The notes under the pieces: model-generated
Seen by the model: only the letters and a program-made list of their open reading frames with translations
Database searches by the model: none
What the model was told of the DNA's origin: nothing
Part shown: one piece after another, positions 51,597 through 64,000 of the stretch
How positions within the stretch are numbered: position 1 is the stretch's first letter
Layout: each line of letters begins with the position of its first letter
Program-made: the position numbers and the translations under genes
Source: Eledone cirrhosa
Taxonomy: Eukaryota
Reading direction: 5' to 3'
DNA: 64,000 bases
Assembly (NCBI GenBank): GCA_964016885.1
Contig: OZ024745.1
Span: forward strand, 101,432,001-101,496,000

Positions 51597-51937
51597 CAAA
51601 AGAACATCTATTTTATTAATACTTATATTTTAATATATATATATATATAGATATATATATGCACATATATGTATATATATATATATAAATATATAATCAT
51701 CCTTTAACGTTCAGAAAACAGACATTAAATGATGATGATGTTATATACATATTGTGATGAATACAGGTATACAGAATACCTGTATCCATGTGTGAGTGTG
51801 TTTACATATAAACATAGATATACTACATGCATACAAATACACAACACACATATATATTAGCAATTGGAAAGACCAATGGAAACTTTGTTTCCTCGGTCCG
51901 ATTTGACGAAAGTCGATTGACTGTCGATATATATATA

Positions 51938-52268
51938 TCATCATCATTTTACGTCCACTTTTCCCTGCTAGCAAGGGTGGGACGGGAACTGATTCTGGCT
52001 TGATTTCTACACCTGGATGCCCTTCCTAACACCAACCTCATTTACAGTGAGTGCTGGGTGCTTTTTGCCGTGGCACCTACACGACCACTTTGCAGTGGAA
52101 TGATAGGGACCCCAGTCCCTATCATCTCATTTCTACAGCTGAGTAAACTGGAGCAATGTGAAATAAAGTATCTTGCTCAAGGAAACAACACATCACCCGG
52201 TCTGAGAATTGAACTCACAACCTTTCGATTGCAAGGCCAATGCTCTAACCACTAAGCCATGTGCCTCC
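51938..52268 (-). mobile_element. SINE family A, full length
   Basis: Reverse complement of 23338-23665. Confidence 0.9.
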
Positions 52269-52382
52269 ATATATATATATAAATACTCAGGAATGTATAA
52301 ATGCTTATCTATATACATACAAAAGGTATAAGCAAGGAGATATAATTGGATTTATATGTTTTGAAAGTCCATACTGTTTACT

Positions 52383-52610
52383 TTAACCCTTTAATGTTCA
52401 AACCGGCCAAAACCGGCCAGAATTCTCTACCTTTTTCTGTTGAAACTGGCTGTAACTGGTCGCTCAAACTGATGTTAAGGTATTGTTCTCAAAATATATA
52501 CTTTCAAAATCTCATAGATTCGATATTATGTGAGATAATTATGCGAGGTAAAGCCTTTACCATGAAAATATAATAGTATATATAGAGTAATGTGAATGCT
52601 AAAGAGTTAA
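52383..52610 (+). mobile_element. piggyBac-like MITE
   Basis: ttaacccttta...gctaaagagttaa. Confidence 0.85.
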
Positions 52611-53000
52611 GTTTGAATATCTATGTATGATCATGGATATGTATGTATATATTTGTAAATGTATGTGTGAGTATATATCTATGTGCTTAGGCATGTATAT
52701 ATTTGTGAATGTATGTGTGAGTATATATCTATGTGCTTATGCATGTGTATATGTGTGTATGTATGTGTGAGTATATATCTATGTGCTTAGACATGTATAT
52801 ATTTGTGAATGTATGTGTGAGTATACATCTATGTGCTTATGCATGTGCATATGTGTGTATGTATGTGTGAGTATACATCTATGTACTTATGCATGTGCAT
52901 ATGTGTGTATGTATGTGTCTGTATACATTTATGTGCTTATGAATGTATATATGTGTGTATGTATGTATGTATGTATGTATGTGTAAGTATGCATATATGT

Positions 53001-53002
<2 letters not shown>

Positions 53003-53035
<33 letters not shown>

Positions 53036-53357
53036 TTTACGTCCACTTTTCCCTGCTTGCAAGGGTGGGACGGGAACTGATTCTGGCTTGATTTCTACAG
53101 CTGGATGCCCTTCCTAACACCAACCTCATTTACAGTGAGTGCTGGGTGCTTTTTTGCCGTGGCACCTCCACGACCACTTTGCAGTGGAATGATGGGGACC
53201 CTAGTCCCTATCATCTCATTTCTACAGCTGAGTAAACTGGAGCAATGTGAAATAAAGTGTCTTGCTCAAGGAAACAACACATCACCCGGTCTGAGAATTG
53301 AACTCACAACCTTTCGATTGCAAGGCCAATGCTCTAACCACTAAGCCATGTGCCTCC
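53003..53357 (-). mobile_element. SINE family A, full length
   Basis: Near-identical to 51938-52268. Confidence 0.9.
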
Positions 53358-53539
53358 ATAGAGTATGTATTTATGCATATATGTAATGTATGCATATATG
53401 TAATGTATGCATATATGTAATGTATGCATATAAACAAAATGAACTGTTGGGAAATTATTTTGTTGTAAGTTTTCCTATCTGCACGTGAGGTTTTGAAGTA
53501 GTAAGCTATACGGCTATCTATCTATCTCTCCCTCTTTGT

Positions 53540-53733
53540 GGTGGTGGATTGGCAGTATCGGTAGAGGGTTGGATGCCATGCTTTGCAGCATGGAGCTATG
53601 GCCTTTTACGATCCGAGTTCAAATCCCACCGAGTTTAACGTTGCCTTTCATCCTTACGGGGTCGATAAAATAAAACACCAGTAATGCACTGGGGTAATTG
53701 CTAGCCTTGTGCAAAAAGTAGAAACAATTATTG
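53540..53733 (+). mobile_element. SINE family B
   Basis: Consensus match. Confidence 0.87.
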
Positions 53734-53759
53734 TTCTCTTATGGAGGCAAATAAAGAAA

Positions 53760-53792
<33 letters not shown>

Positions 53793-53793
<1 letters not shown>

Positions 53794-54128
53794 TCATCAT
53801 CATCATCATTTTACGTCCGTTTTTCCCTGCTTGCAAGGGTGGGACGGGAACTGATTCTGGCTTAATTTCTACAGCTGGATGCCCTTCCTAATACCAATCT
53901 CATTTACAGTGAGTGCTGGGTGCTTTTTTGCCGTAGCACCTCCACGACCACTTTGCAGTGGAATGAGATGATAGGGACTGGGGTCCCTATCATCTCATTT
54001 CTACAGAGTGAACTGGAGCAATGTGAAATAAAGTGTCTTGCTCAATGAAACAACACATCACCCGGTCTGAGAATTGAATTCACAACCTTTCGATTGCAAG
54101 GCTAATGCTCTAACCAATAAGCCATGTG

Positions 54129-54132
<4 letters not shown>
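53793..54132 (-). mobile_element. SINE family A
   Basis: Near-identical to the other copies. Confidence 0.88.
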
Positions 54133-54188
<56 letters not shown>

Positions 54189-55374
54189 TTGTAAAATCAT
54201 ATTATAAAATTGAATTAAATTGTTTAGAAGTACAAGTGAAGTCATTCTTTTCCTGTTTTTAAATATATATATATGTGTGTGTGTGTGTACGTATATATGT
54301 GTGTGTGTGTACGTATATATATATATGTGTGTGAATGTGTATATATATATTTGTGTGTGTGTGTTCACATAAAGATAGATTTAAACAGAAAAAGCCCTAC
54401 AAAAATAAGTATTACAGGCTTCTGCATGTGATTCTACTGAACATGTATGTCTTCCTGATAGGAATGCTATCACATACAAATATAAATTTCTTTATATCAC
54501 TAGAAATTTCCATCAGCATTACATAGGAATTCCCCTCACTTACTATATATACTGATTATATATAACCACCCCCACATACAAGTGTGAGCATGTGCATGTG
54601 TGCGTGTGTGTGTTACAATGATTTTCATTATATTATGCAAGATGTTTAATGATCTTAAGCTTAATTTAGAAATGTATGCATACAAATATAATTACATACA
54701 CACACATTCAGATACAAATACATGCACACACATATTCAGGCAAATACATATATACACATACATACACAAATAGATACATGTACACACACACACACACAAA
54801 TACATACATACATACACCAATACATATACACTCATACACACACACATTTAGACAAATACATATACATATATCCACACACATTCACACAAATTCAAACAAA
54901 TACATATACACATACACACAACACACACAATCCTGACAAATGCATATCCACCCATACACACACAAATATACCCCCCCCCCCCCCTCACCACACACACACA
55001 CAAATATTGCTTTAAGAATAGAAGGAAAGTGAGACAGAGTGGAAATGAAACTAGCAAAATAAAAGTAGAAAAGCAAGTGACAGAGAAAAGAGAGCTCTAG
55101 AAAATAATTCAATATCCACATGTAAGATATTTTTGTACAAAGCAGGAACAAAAATGGATGAATGTTCTTAAGAAAAGTAGTGGAAAAAAACAAAACAAAT
55201 ATTTTGTATTTTATTTATTTCCTCTAGATAACTGAAAGTACATAATTAAAGAATGCCTTTTCTCTTTCTTCATTTATGGAATGGTTCCTTTCATGTTTCT
55301 TCTCATTCTTTTAGACTTTTACTGGCTTCACTTAAAGAATAGACTATGACTATGACTATGCTAAGATACTACCA

Positions 55375-55750
55375 TTAACCCTTTAGCATATCTGGCCAGA
55401 ATTCTCTTACCTCTTTTTGCTCAAACTGGCTGTAACTGGTCACTTATACTGATGTTAAGGTATTGTTAAATATATAATATCAAAATCACATAGATTCAAC
55501 ATCATTTTGGATAATTATGTGAGATAAAGCCGTTACCATGAAAATATAATAGTATATATAGAGTAATGTAGATGCTAATGGGTTAAAGAATAGACTATGT
55601 CAATGCTAGGATACTACCTTTAAACATTTAGCATTTAAACTGGCCATACCTGGCCAGAATTCTCTCACCTCTTTCTGCTCAAACTCGCCATAACTGGTCA
55701 CTCATACTGACATTAAGGTATTGTTCTCAAAATAAATAATATCAAAATCC
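55375..55750 (+). mobile_element. piggyBac-like MITE plus a partial tandem second copy
   Basis: Complete copy at 55375-55586; partial copy at 55620-55750 with duplicated flank aaagaatagactatg. Confidence 0.8.
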
Positions 55751-56040
55751 CCCCTTAGCTGCTGTTGTTAGTACTCATTAATAGCTAAGTAAACTGGAGC
55801 AAAGTAAAATTAAGTACATTGCTAAAGGACACACTTTGCTACCTGGTCTGGGAATTGAACTTATGTCCTTACACTTGTGAGCTCAATACTCTAACTACTA
55901 GGTCTACTAGGTCATGCACCTTCACTAAAAACTATAAAAGTAGTTACCACTATTTTAGTAGTCTATCAGCTTGAAATAAGCTGATAAAAATATAGAGATA
56001 CACTAGCAAATAGAGTAATAACACAATAGTTTATATATAC

Positions 56041-56077
<37 letters not shown>

Positions 56078-56780
56078 AATGTTTGAGCAAAATTAAAAGA
56101 ACTAGAGAAATGAGGGGACTTATTAGAGTACTTAAACCATCAAAGTAGTTCTCTAAGTATGAAAACAACTCTGAGAATCATTGCTAGAAATATAAGCTGG
56201 TGTCAGAGGGAAGTGGGTAATTCCACAATATTATTCAATGTTGTTTAGTTATGAAAATGAGAAGATGATGGAAAATGTATCGCTGTTATAAGGATAATTG
56301 TGTTTGGTAGCAGTGGTTGTTGTTGTTGTTGTTGTTGTTGCAGTACACACCAGCTTTGTCATCTAAAAAGTGGACTTTCTCTCTCTTAAAGATACTTTCC
56401 TCAATCTGTTATTATAAACTGATTTTGAAATAGCAATTTGTTTATAAATACAATGTACACACACACAAATCATTGTCCTCCCTCCTCTCTCTCACACACA
56501 CACACACACATATATATATATACAAAGAATAACAAGATATACACTTAAGGTGATAGCTATTCTTGCTGTTTAACTCCAAAGTGAACTTTGATCTAGAAGA
56601 CTTATGATTTGATTAAAGGCATTCTATTGTAGCTATCCTGTCTCTTATTCAGATAATGTATATGGAACATAATACCTACTATTTTTTGAGACAGTAGGAT
56701 GTGATTTGAAAGAGCCTTTGCTTTTATTTTTAGTATGTTGAAAACTACCTAAAGTCTCTTTTGTTAGCTTCTACTTAAGG

Positions 56781-57078
56781 CAGTGGTACCCCACCTTTTG
56801 TGCCCCATGCCACACCTCAACATCTCAAACATTTATATGCCCCACTTTGATATAAAAACAGCGATGATCAACTACAAAGTGTAAACAAATTGGCATATGG
56901 GTGATGCCAGATGCTCAATAACATGTATGGAGGAGGTGAGACAGGAGTTTCCAACAGTAATTTGTTCCAAAGTTGCCTTGGAGTAAAAGTAATAAGGTAA
57001 ATCCTGAAATTTGCTCTCACTAACATCATTTTCAAATTGCCCCCCTGAAGGGTGTGCACCCCACATTGGGAATCACTA
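56781..57078. mobile_element. hAT (Charlie-like) MITE
   Basis: Ends cagtggtacccca / tgggaatcacta; 8-bp TSD acttaagg at 56773-56780 and 57079-57086. Confidence 0.8.
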
Positions 57079-57399
57079 ACTTAAGGTAAGAGTTGTTCAT
57101 ATGGATGTTAACTTACAGGCCAATATTTTATTTTGTATTTTTTTGACAATTTTGAGGTGAAATGACTCTTGTAACTGTGATTATATCTATGCATCTGTTG
57201 CCTGAGTCTAACTTGGACTTTTAATCTTGGATATAGCTGGAAACCCATATTAAGTGCTTGCATGTTAAACTCTTGTGATTATTATGGCAAGCCTGAAGCC
57301 TGTCCAATATTGCTAGTGATTCTATTTGAATTTTATCAACCATCACAAAGCAGCACACTCAGTTTCAATTTGGGGAACACAACAATATCACTGAATGGT

Positions 57400-57992
57400 A
57401 GAGCAAGAAATATGTAAGGTGTGATATGACTACCATTCTGCTTTTGTGAAACACTGCATCATTTTAAAGTTTTTCTTGAGAATCTTCTGGCAGATTCCAA
57501 AACTGATGCCAATCATGTGATGGAACTGATAGATTGTTCATCAATGGTCCTTCATGGACGAGTTCATGAAAGGTTTTCCAAATTTTCTTATGTTTTCTGG
57601 TGTTTTGCTAGTGATTAGTCACATTAAAAGTCATTATGTTGAATTGACACTCAATGTATACAACTTGAAAACCTATATTCAATCAAAAGAATGTTTGCCA
57701 AAAGCCCAATAAGTCTTTCCAATGATTTCAGTTGTTCATTTGCAAAAGTTATGCAAAATTTTATGCAGGCACATTCCTTACATGTGTCAACGCTCATAAA
57801 AATTGCAGACATTCTAAGGCAATGTTACAAAATCTCATATTATAATCTAACACAAGTACATTGAATAAAGCCTATTTCCAGACTGGTTCACTTAACTGGC
57901 TACCAATGATTGTCAACTATGTATATATTTCCATTGAGCAGTAGTACAATCACTAAACTTCCAGTTCAGAAACTTTCTGATAACAACTCACA
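57400..57992 (-). mobile_element. Highly degenerate mariner-like 5' portion
   Basis: The minus strand starts with TIR-like tgtgagttgttatcagaaagtttctgaactgg; coding remnants are weak. Confidence 0.4.
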
Positions 57993-58931
57993 TCTATAAC
58001 AATTTAGTCACATTTATTGTACTTTATGCTGGTTTTGTACCAGCTTTTGACAGCATGAACCAGTATTCACTTATATCACCAATGTATGGTATTTCTTTTT
58101 AGTTATGGTAAATGTAATTTATTTTCCATTCAGGATTAGTATAATGTTACTACATATAATTTCATACTTGATTGCATTATATATTATATTTACAAGCAGA
58201 AAATCATGTTTCCTTTTCAAAACTACTTTAAAATAACCATAACTTAATGTATCTTGCATCATACTAGAATTGCTTCTTTTTTGCCATGAAATTTCTTTGT
58301 AAAATAGGGGTAAATCTTATGCAAAGTCATCTTATATTCTAGCAAATACAGTACTTATATACACATACACATGTACATATATATATTCTAACACATATAT
58401 GTGCATGCATGCATGTATGTGTTTGTGTGAAAGTTGTAAAAGAAAAACTTTAACATGATGCCATGAATATGAAAACAGAAAAAAGCAGCAAAAACATTAA
58501 AAAAATATATATAGTGCTTACAAACTACTGCTGGCTTTTCTATGAAGCTGGGCATTTTCTATGATTTGTAATTTCTGCAGGGCAACATCTGCTGGAAGAA
58601 CAAAAAAGATCTAAATTAAAGTTTGAAACAATTCCTTTAACACTAAAACTGCCTCTGGTTCTATGAAACAAAACCATTCATTTTAAAGGGTTCCTCTGTT
58701 AAGTAAAATCTTCCAATATAATTCAATATAAGAATCCTTTGCTAAGTTATGTTACAAATACCTTCTTGATAATGAAACAATTAATAATTTTAGTAGATCC
58801 TTCAAAATTCTTCATTAATTCAAATACAGTGTATTGCATTAGAAATATGGTAACAGAAGGGTTAAAAAGTGTTTTTTTCTATATCTTTCAATGTTTTACA
58901 ACCACTTAAGACACCCCATGTATTTGTTTAT

Positions 58932-59058
58932 TACTGTAAATGAGGTTGGTGTTAGGAAGGGCATCTAGCTGTAGAAATCAAGCCAGCATCAGTTCCCGTC
59001 CTACCCTTGCAAGCAAGGAAAAAGTGGACGTAAAATGAAATGATGATGATGATGATGA
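58932..59058 (+). mobile_element. SINE A/RTE short tail fragment
   Basis: Tail match with (GAT)n. Confidence 0.8.
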
Positions 59059-59265
59059 TTAGTATAGTTATTTGTTAAGGAGGTGAATTGGTAAAATCAT
59101 TAGAGCATAGAATATAATGGCTCACTTTATTTAGTTATGGCTCTCAACATTCTGAATTCAAAGAAAAAAAAAAAATCAGACCATTTGGAACATCCTACAT
59201 GGAACATCGTAAATTAAATGACAACACCATTTGCAATAATCATTTGCACATGATATGTCTATACC

Positions 59266-59572
59266 AATAATTGTTTCTACTTTTGGCACAGGGCCAGCAA
59301 TTACCCAGTTCATTACTGGTACTTTATTTTATCGACCCGGTAAGGATGAAAGGCAAAGTTAACCTCGACGGGATTTGAACTCAGACCGTAAAGGGACGTA
59401 ACTATGCTGGAAAGCATGGCATCCGACCCTCTACCGATACTGCCAATTCACCGCCCTTTACCAATAATTGTTTCTACTTTTGGCACAAAGCCAGCAATTT
59501 CCCAGTGTATTACTGGTACTTTATTTTATCGACCCCGTAAGGATGAAAGGCAAAGTTAACCTCGGCGGGATT
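59266..59572 (-). mobile_element. Two SINE B copies in tandem (full + partial)
   Basis: Copies at 59266-59456 and 59464-59572; taccaataat is duplicated. Confidence 0.88.
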
Positions 59573-60100
59573 AATGATATGGTGATGGTGGTGATGACGA
59601 TGTTGATGATGGTGGTGATGATGATGATGGTGATGGTGGTGATGATGATGATGATGATGATGGTGGTGATGATGATAATGAAGATGATGGTGACGATGTT
59701 TGTTAAGGTGATTGTTATGATTCAACTGTGAAAAGCAAATAACAACAACAACACACACACAAAACAGAATCATTATAATATATTTTTTGAAAATTTTCCA
59801 TAAGTGTTCTTTTGAAGTTGTGGGCAACCTATTAAGTTCTGATGGAAAGATTTTGAGAATAAAAGTTGCAAAGGAAGACATGCAACATGCTATTTCCTTT
59901 TAAATGGTAAGAACACTTGAAGACAAGCAGTTAGAAATAATGGAAAATGTTGATGTATGGGAATAATCTTTAATAATAGAAATTCTAAAAAACTTCCATT
60001 TCAAACAAAGATATCATTCCTAAGATGAAATACAAAAAAAAAAATTTTTTTTTAAAAATTATTGGCAGAATTGTTAGAGCATCGGACAAAATACTTGGCA

Positions 60101-60281
60101 TTGGCAGTATCGGTAGAGGGTCGGACGCCATGCTTTCAAGCATAGTTACGTCCCTTTACGATCTGAGTTCAAATCCCACCGAGGTTGACTTTGCCTTTCA
60201 TCCTTACGGGGTCGATAAAATAAAGTACCAGTAATGCACTGGGTAATTGCTGGCCTTGTGCCTAAAGTAGAAACAATTATT
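60101..60281 (+). mobile_element. SINE B nested in an older SINE B-like copy
   Basis: Preceded by an older head (ttggcagaattgttagagcatcggac) and followed by its continuation. Confidence 0.85.
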
Positions 60282-60329
60282 TGAGTGAGGTCTTTACTTT
60301 CCGAGGTCAAACCACACTGACGCCAACTT

Positions 60330-61940
60330 AACTTTTCATCCTTTCATAGTTAATGAAATTAAGTACTAGTTAAGTGGTAGGTTAATGTAATCAACTGTTC
60401 ATCTTCCACGGTTAATAAAATTAAGTACTAGTTAGGTGGTAGGTTAATATAATCAAGAGGTCAAGATAGGAGCGTCCACGCCCACCACGACCGTAGAAGT
60501 ATCGACAAGATGGATAAGGTATTGCTAATTCTATCACCACCATAAGCAACAGTTATAAGCTACAAAACAGCCAAAAGTGACGCTGAAAGCTACAAGCCAC
60601 AAAGCTACTGAACACTAAGATGGACACGACAAGAAGAAGAAGAATATAATCAACTGTTCCTTTCCATGGTTAATGAAATGTAGTACTAGTTAAATGGTAG
60701 GTTAATATAATCAACTGTTCCATGGTTAATGAAATGAAGTATTAGTTAAGTGGTAGGTTAATATAATCAACTGTTCCTTTCCATGGTTAATGAAATGAAG
60801 TATTAGTTAAGTGGTAGGTTAGTATAATCAACTGTTCATCTTCCATGGTTAAGGAAATGAAGTACTAGTTAAGTGGTAGGTTAGTATAATCAACTGTTCA
60901 TCTTCAACGGTTAATGAAATGAAGTACTAGTTAAGTGGTAGGTTAGTATAATCAACTGTTCCTTTCCATGTTTAATGAAATGAAGTATTAGTTAAGTGGT
61001 AGGTTAGTATAATCAACTGTTCATCTTCCATGGTTAAGGAAATGAAGTACTAGTTAAGTGGTAGGTTAGTATAATCAACTGTTCCTTTCCATGGTTAATG
61101 AAATGAAGTATTAGTTAAGTGGTAGGTTAGTATAATCAACTGTTCCTTTCCATGGTTAATGAAATGAAGTATTAGTTAAATGGTAGGTTAATATAATCAA
61201 CTGTTCCTTTCCATGGTTAATGAAATGAAGTATTAGTTAAATGGTAGGTTAATATAATCAACTGTTCCTTTCCATGGTTAATGAAATGAAGTATTAGTTA
61301 AATGGTAGGTTAATATAATCAACTGTTCCTTTCCATGGTTAATGAAATGAAGTATTAGTTAAATGGTAGGTTAATATGATCAACTGTTCCTTTCCATGGT
61401 TAATGAAATGAAGTATTAGTTAAGTGGTAGGTTAGTATAATCAACTGTTCATCTTCCATGGTTAAGGAAATGAAGTACTAGTTAAGTGGTAGGTTAGTAT
61501 AATCAACTGTTCATCTTCCATGGTTAAGGAAATGAAGTACTAGTTAAGTGGTAGGTTAGTATAATCAACTGTTCATCTTCAACGGTTAATGAAATGAAGT
61601 TCTAGTTAATATAATCAACTGTTCCTTTCCATGGATAATGAAATGAAGTCTTAGTTAAGTGGTAGGTTAGTATAATCAACTGTTCCTTTCCATGGTTAAT
61701 GAAATGAAGTATTAGTTAAATGGTAGGTAAATGTAATCAACTGTTCATCTTTCATAGTTAATGAAATGTAGTATTAGTTAAGTGGTAGGTTAATATAATC
61801 AACTGTTCCTTTCCATTGTTAAGGAAATGAAGTATTAGTTAAATGATAGGTTAATATAATCAACTGTTCCTTTCCATGGTTAAGGAAATGAAGTACTAGT
61901 TAAGTGGTAGGTTAATATAATTAACTGTTCATCTTTCATG
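60330..61940. repeat. 61/62-bp minisatellite (about 23 units) derived from a SINE Meta domain
   Basis: Unit tgttcctttccatggttaatgaaatgaagtattagttaaatggtaggttaatataatcaac. Confidence 0.92.
60457..60642 (+). mobile_element. Short retroposed insert with (AAG)n tail and 11-bp TSD
   Basis: aatataatcaa at 60446-60456 and 60643-60653; ends in ggacacgacaagaagaag. Confidence 0.8.
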
Positions 61941-62792
61941 GGTAGAAGCCAAAGCTGAAGCATATAGACAATATGTAGAACCTTATAGTATTTTATTGAA
62001 TCACTCTAAACTGGGTTCAAATATTGCTGAGGTCAACTCTACTCTGACTTTTATCCCTTCGAGATCAATAAAAGAAAGTCCCAATCAAGTACATAGTTGA
62101 TTTAACCCTTTCATTACAGTATTTCTAATGAAATATACTGCCAATGATTTTCATATAATTTTGAAAACGAGAACTTGATGGAATTTAGTAATATAAACTA
62201 ACCATCTCGTTATTTATCTGTTTGGAACATAAAAGTTCCCACATGAAATTATGATGAACAATATTTAGATAAAGTGTAATTCAAAAGAAATTTGGGTGAA
62301 TCTATTTGCAGCTGGAGTGACTGTGCCGTAGCTTCTGTCAATTTGTAAATTTATTCAAACAGGAAGTCTAATCCTGTATAAAACTCTGGTATTTGCTTGT
62401 CTCATGAGATGAAGGATCTGCACCTATGAAGTCTTACTTCAGTCTGTGTTGGTAGACTGTGGTGAAATCTGCAGGGTCCTCTCCAGATCGCAGACCAGGG
62501 CAAAGTTGTATGCAAAACCAGTAGTTGCACATTCAGTGGATCTCTATGTCAGTATTATTAAAGAGCAGTGCAAACATCAATACAGTTTGGCATCAGTGTC
62601 ATTACAAGAATTGCCAGAACAATGGTGACAACAATGCTGGACTGCTTTAGAGTCCCTCAGCTATCAATCTATAATCAATTAAATCAACTAAAGTATTTGA
62701 TTGGTAATTAGAACATTTTTCATAGACTCCAGAAAAATGAAAGCTAAACTTGACCTCATGGAGCTTGAAAGACGAACGTAAAGAATTGGAAT

Positions 62793-63030
62793 ATCATCAT
62801 CATCATCATCATCATTTAATGTCTATTTTCCATGCTAGCATGGGTTAGATAAGTTGTCCTGTTAGAGGCAAGGTGGGTCAAGTGCCCATGTCTTGCTCAT
62901 ACAAAACTGTATCTGGCTTGGTTTTCTATGGCTGGATGCCCTTCCTAATGCCAACCATATTTACAGTGTGGGCTGAGTACTTTTTGCTATGACACCTACA
63001 TGACCACATTTACAATGTGGGCTGGGTGCT
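62793..63030 (-). mobile_element. RTE 3' tail fragment
   Basis: Tail match with (CAT)n. Confidence 0.78.
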
Positions 63031-63782
63031 TCAAAAAACATTTTGTATAACATGTTAACAATTCTGCCGTTAAACTAACACTTTGATATAACTGGTATCA
63101 TTATTGCTGGAAATTGGTTAGAGAAAAATAAACAAGTATCTTAAATATGACTATTATCCATCTAGTAATGTACAGTAAAATGTACTATCTGTATTCTAAG
63201 ACATTGAAGTGAGCAAGGCATATCTAATAATTTCTACCAGATCTACAGCTAAATGTTAGTAGAGGAAGGAATATTGGATACTGTAAACTATTCTCCATCC
63301 TATCTAATCCTATTCAATGCCATTTGCCTCTTTCAATCACAGAATCTGCTTTTTTTTTACTGAGACAGGGCAGACATAAATAATCTTAGTTTAATTAACA
63401 ATGAAGAGATAGTCATATTATCTCGAAGGTAGATGCATTACTGCTTGCTATCTTGACAACTTGAGATAAACTGCAGAAAATCCCCAGCTAAACAGATTAC
63501 AAATAATACTTGGTCAATCTATAGATATCTTTCCCTTTTCTATCCCTCTCACTATTCCAGCTTCTTCAACCTTATTTCCTATCCCATTTCTCAAAACTTT
63601 GAATAGGAAGGTAGGAGTAACTATGTTTTCATTTATTTTCAGACAAACAAGAAATATGTTACCCTTTTCTCTAATTGTTCTTAATTCTAGGAATGGAATA
63701 TTCCCCCTCCCCCCTCTCTATATATGGCCTCAGCCGGGTGGCAGGAAGAGGTAAAAAGAGTAATATATATATATATACATAC

Positions 63783-63960
63783 AATGTTTCTACTTTTGGC
63801 ACAAGGTCAGCAATTACCCCAGTGCATTACTGGTGCTTTATTTTATCGACCCCATAAGGATGAAAGGCAAAGCTAATTTTGGCAGGATTTGACCTCAGAA
63901 AGTAAAGGGCCATTACTCTGCAACACAGTGTCTGATGCTTTACTGATACTGCCAAACCAC
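63783..63960 (-). mobile_element. SINE family B
   Basis: Consensus match. Confidence 0.82.
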
Positions 63961-64000
63961 AACAATAAAGACACGCACACTTCAAACAAATACTGCTAGG

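Noticed and set aside
59510-59881. Poly-His / poly-Met ORFs (also at 24524 and 7529)
   Set aside because: They are (GAT/GGT)n trinucleotide tracts.
62436-62545. Possible minus-strand exon
   Set aside because: The acceptor is weak and the peptide is not recognisable.

Overview
AT-rich, microsatellite-dense animal genomic DNA; the SINE/LINE families suggest a cephalopod (octopus-like) genome, which is an inference. Nearly all listed ORFs are microsatellite or decayed-transposon artefacts. One clear host exon is present (minus strand, 15176-15280, resembling the C-terminal part of tRNA-splicing endonuclease subunit TSEN54), so the window is probably mostly intron. The rest is mobile DNA: several RTE LINE families, two tRNA-derived SINE families (CORE-type and Meta-type), Penelope-like (Naiad-type) RT and GIY-YIG fragments, CRE- and R4-like fragments, mariner relics, piggyBac-like and hAT MITEs, and minisatellites born from TE pieces. 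The most interesting signal is a set of non-coding elements sitting in (TA)n tracts. Several carry type I hammerhead ribozyme folds (50429-50514, 51527-51596, 42156-42223 minus, and a half-motif at 21206-21263 minus). Two are longer-than-unit copies with direct terminal repeats (702 bp and 594 bp units), as expected for retrozymes or Penelope pseudo-LTRs copied from circular RNA. The 594 bp unit has no recognisable hammerhead.
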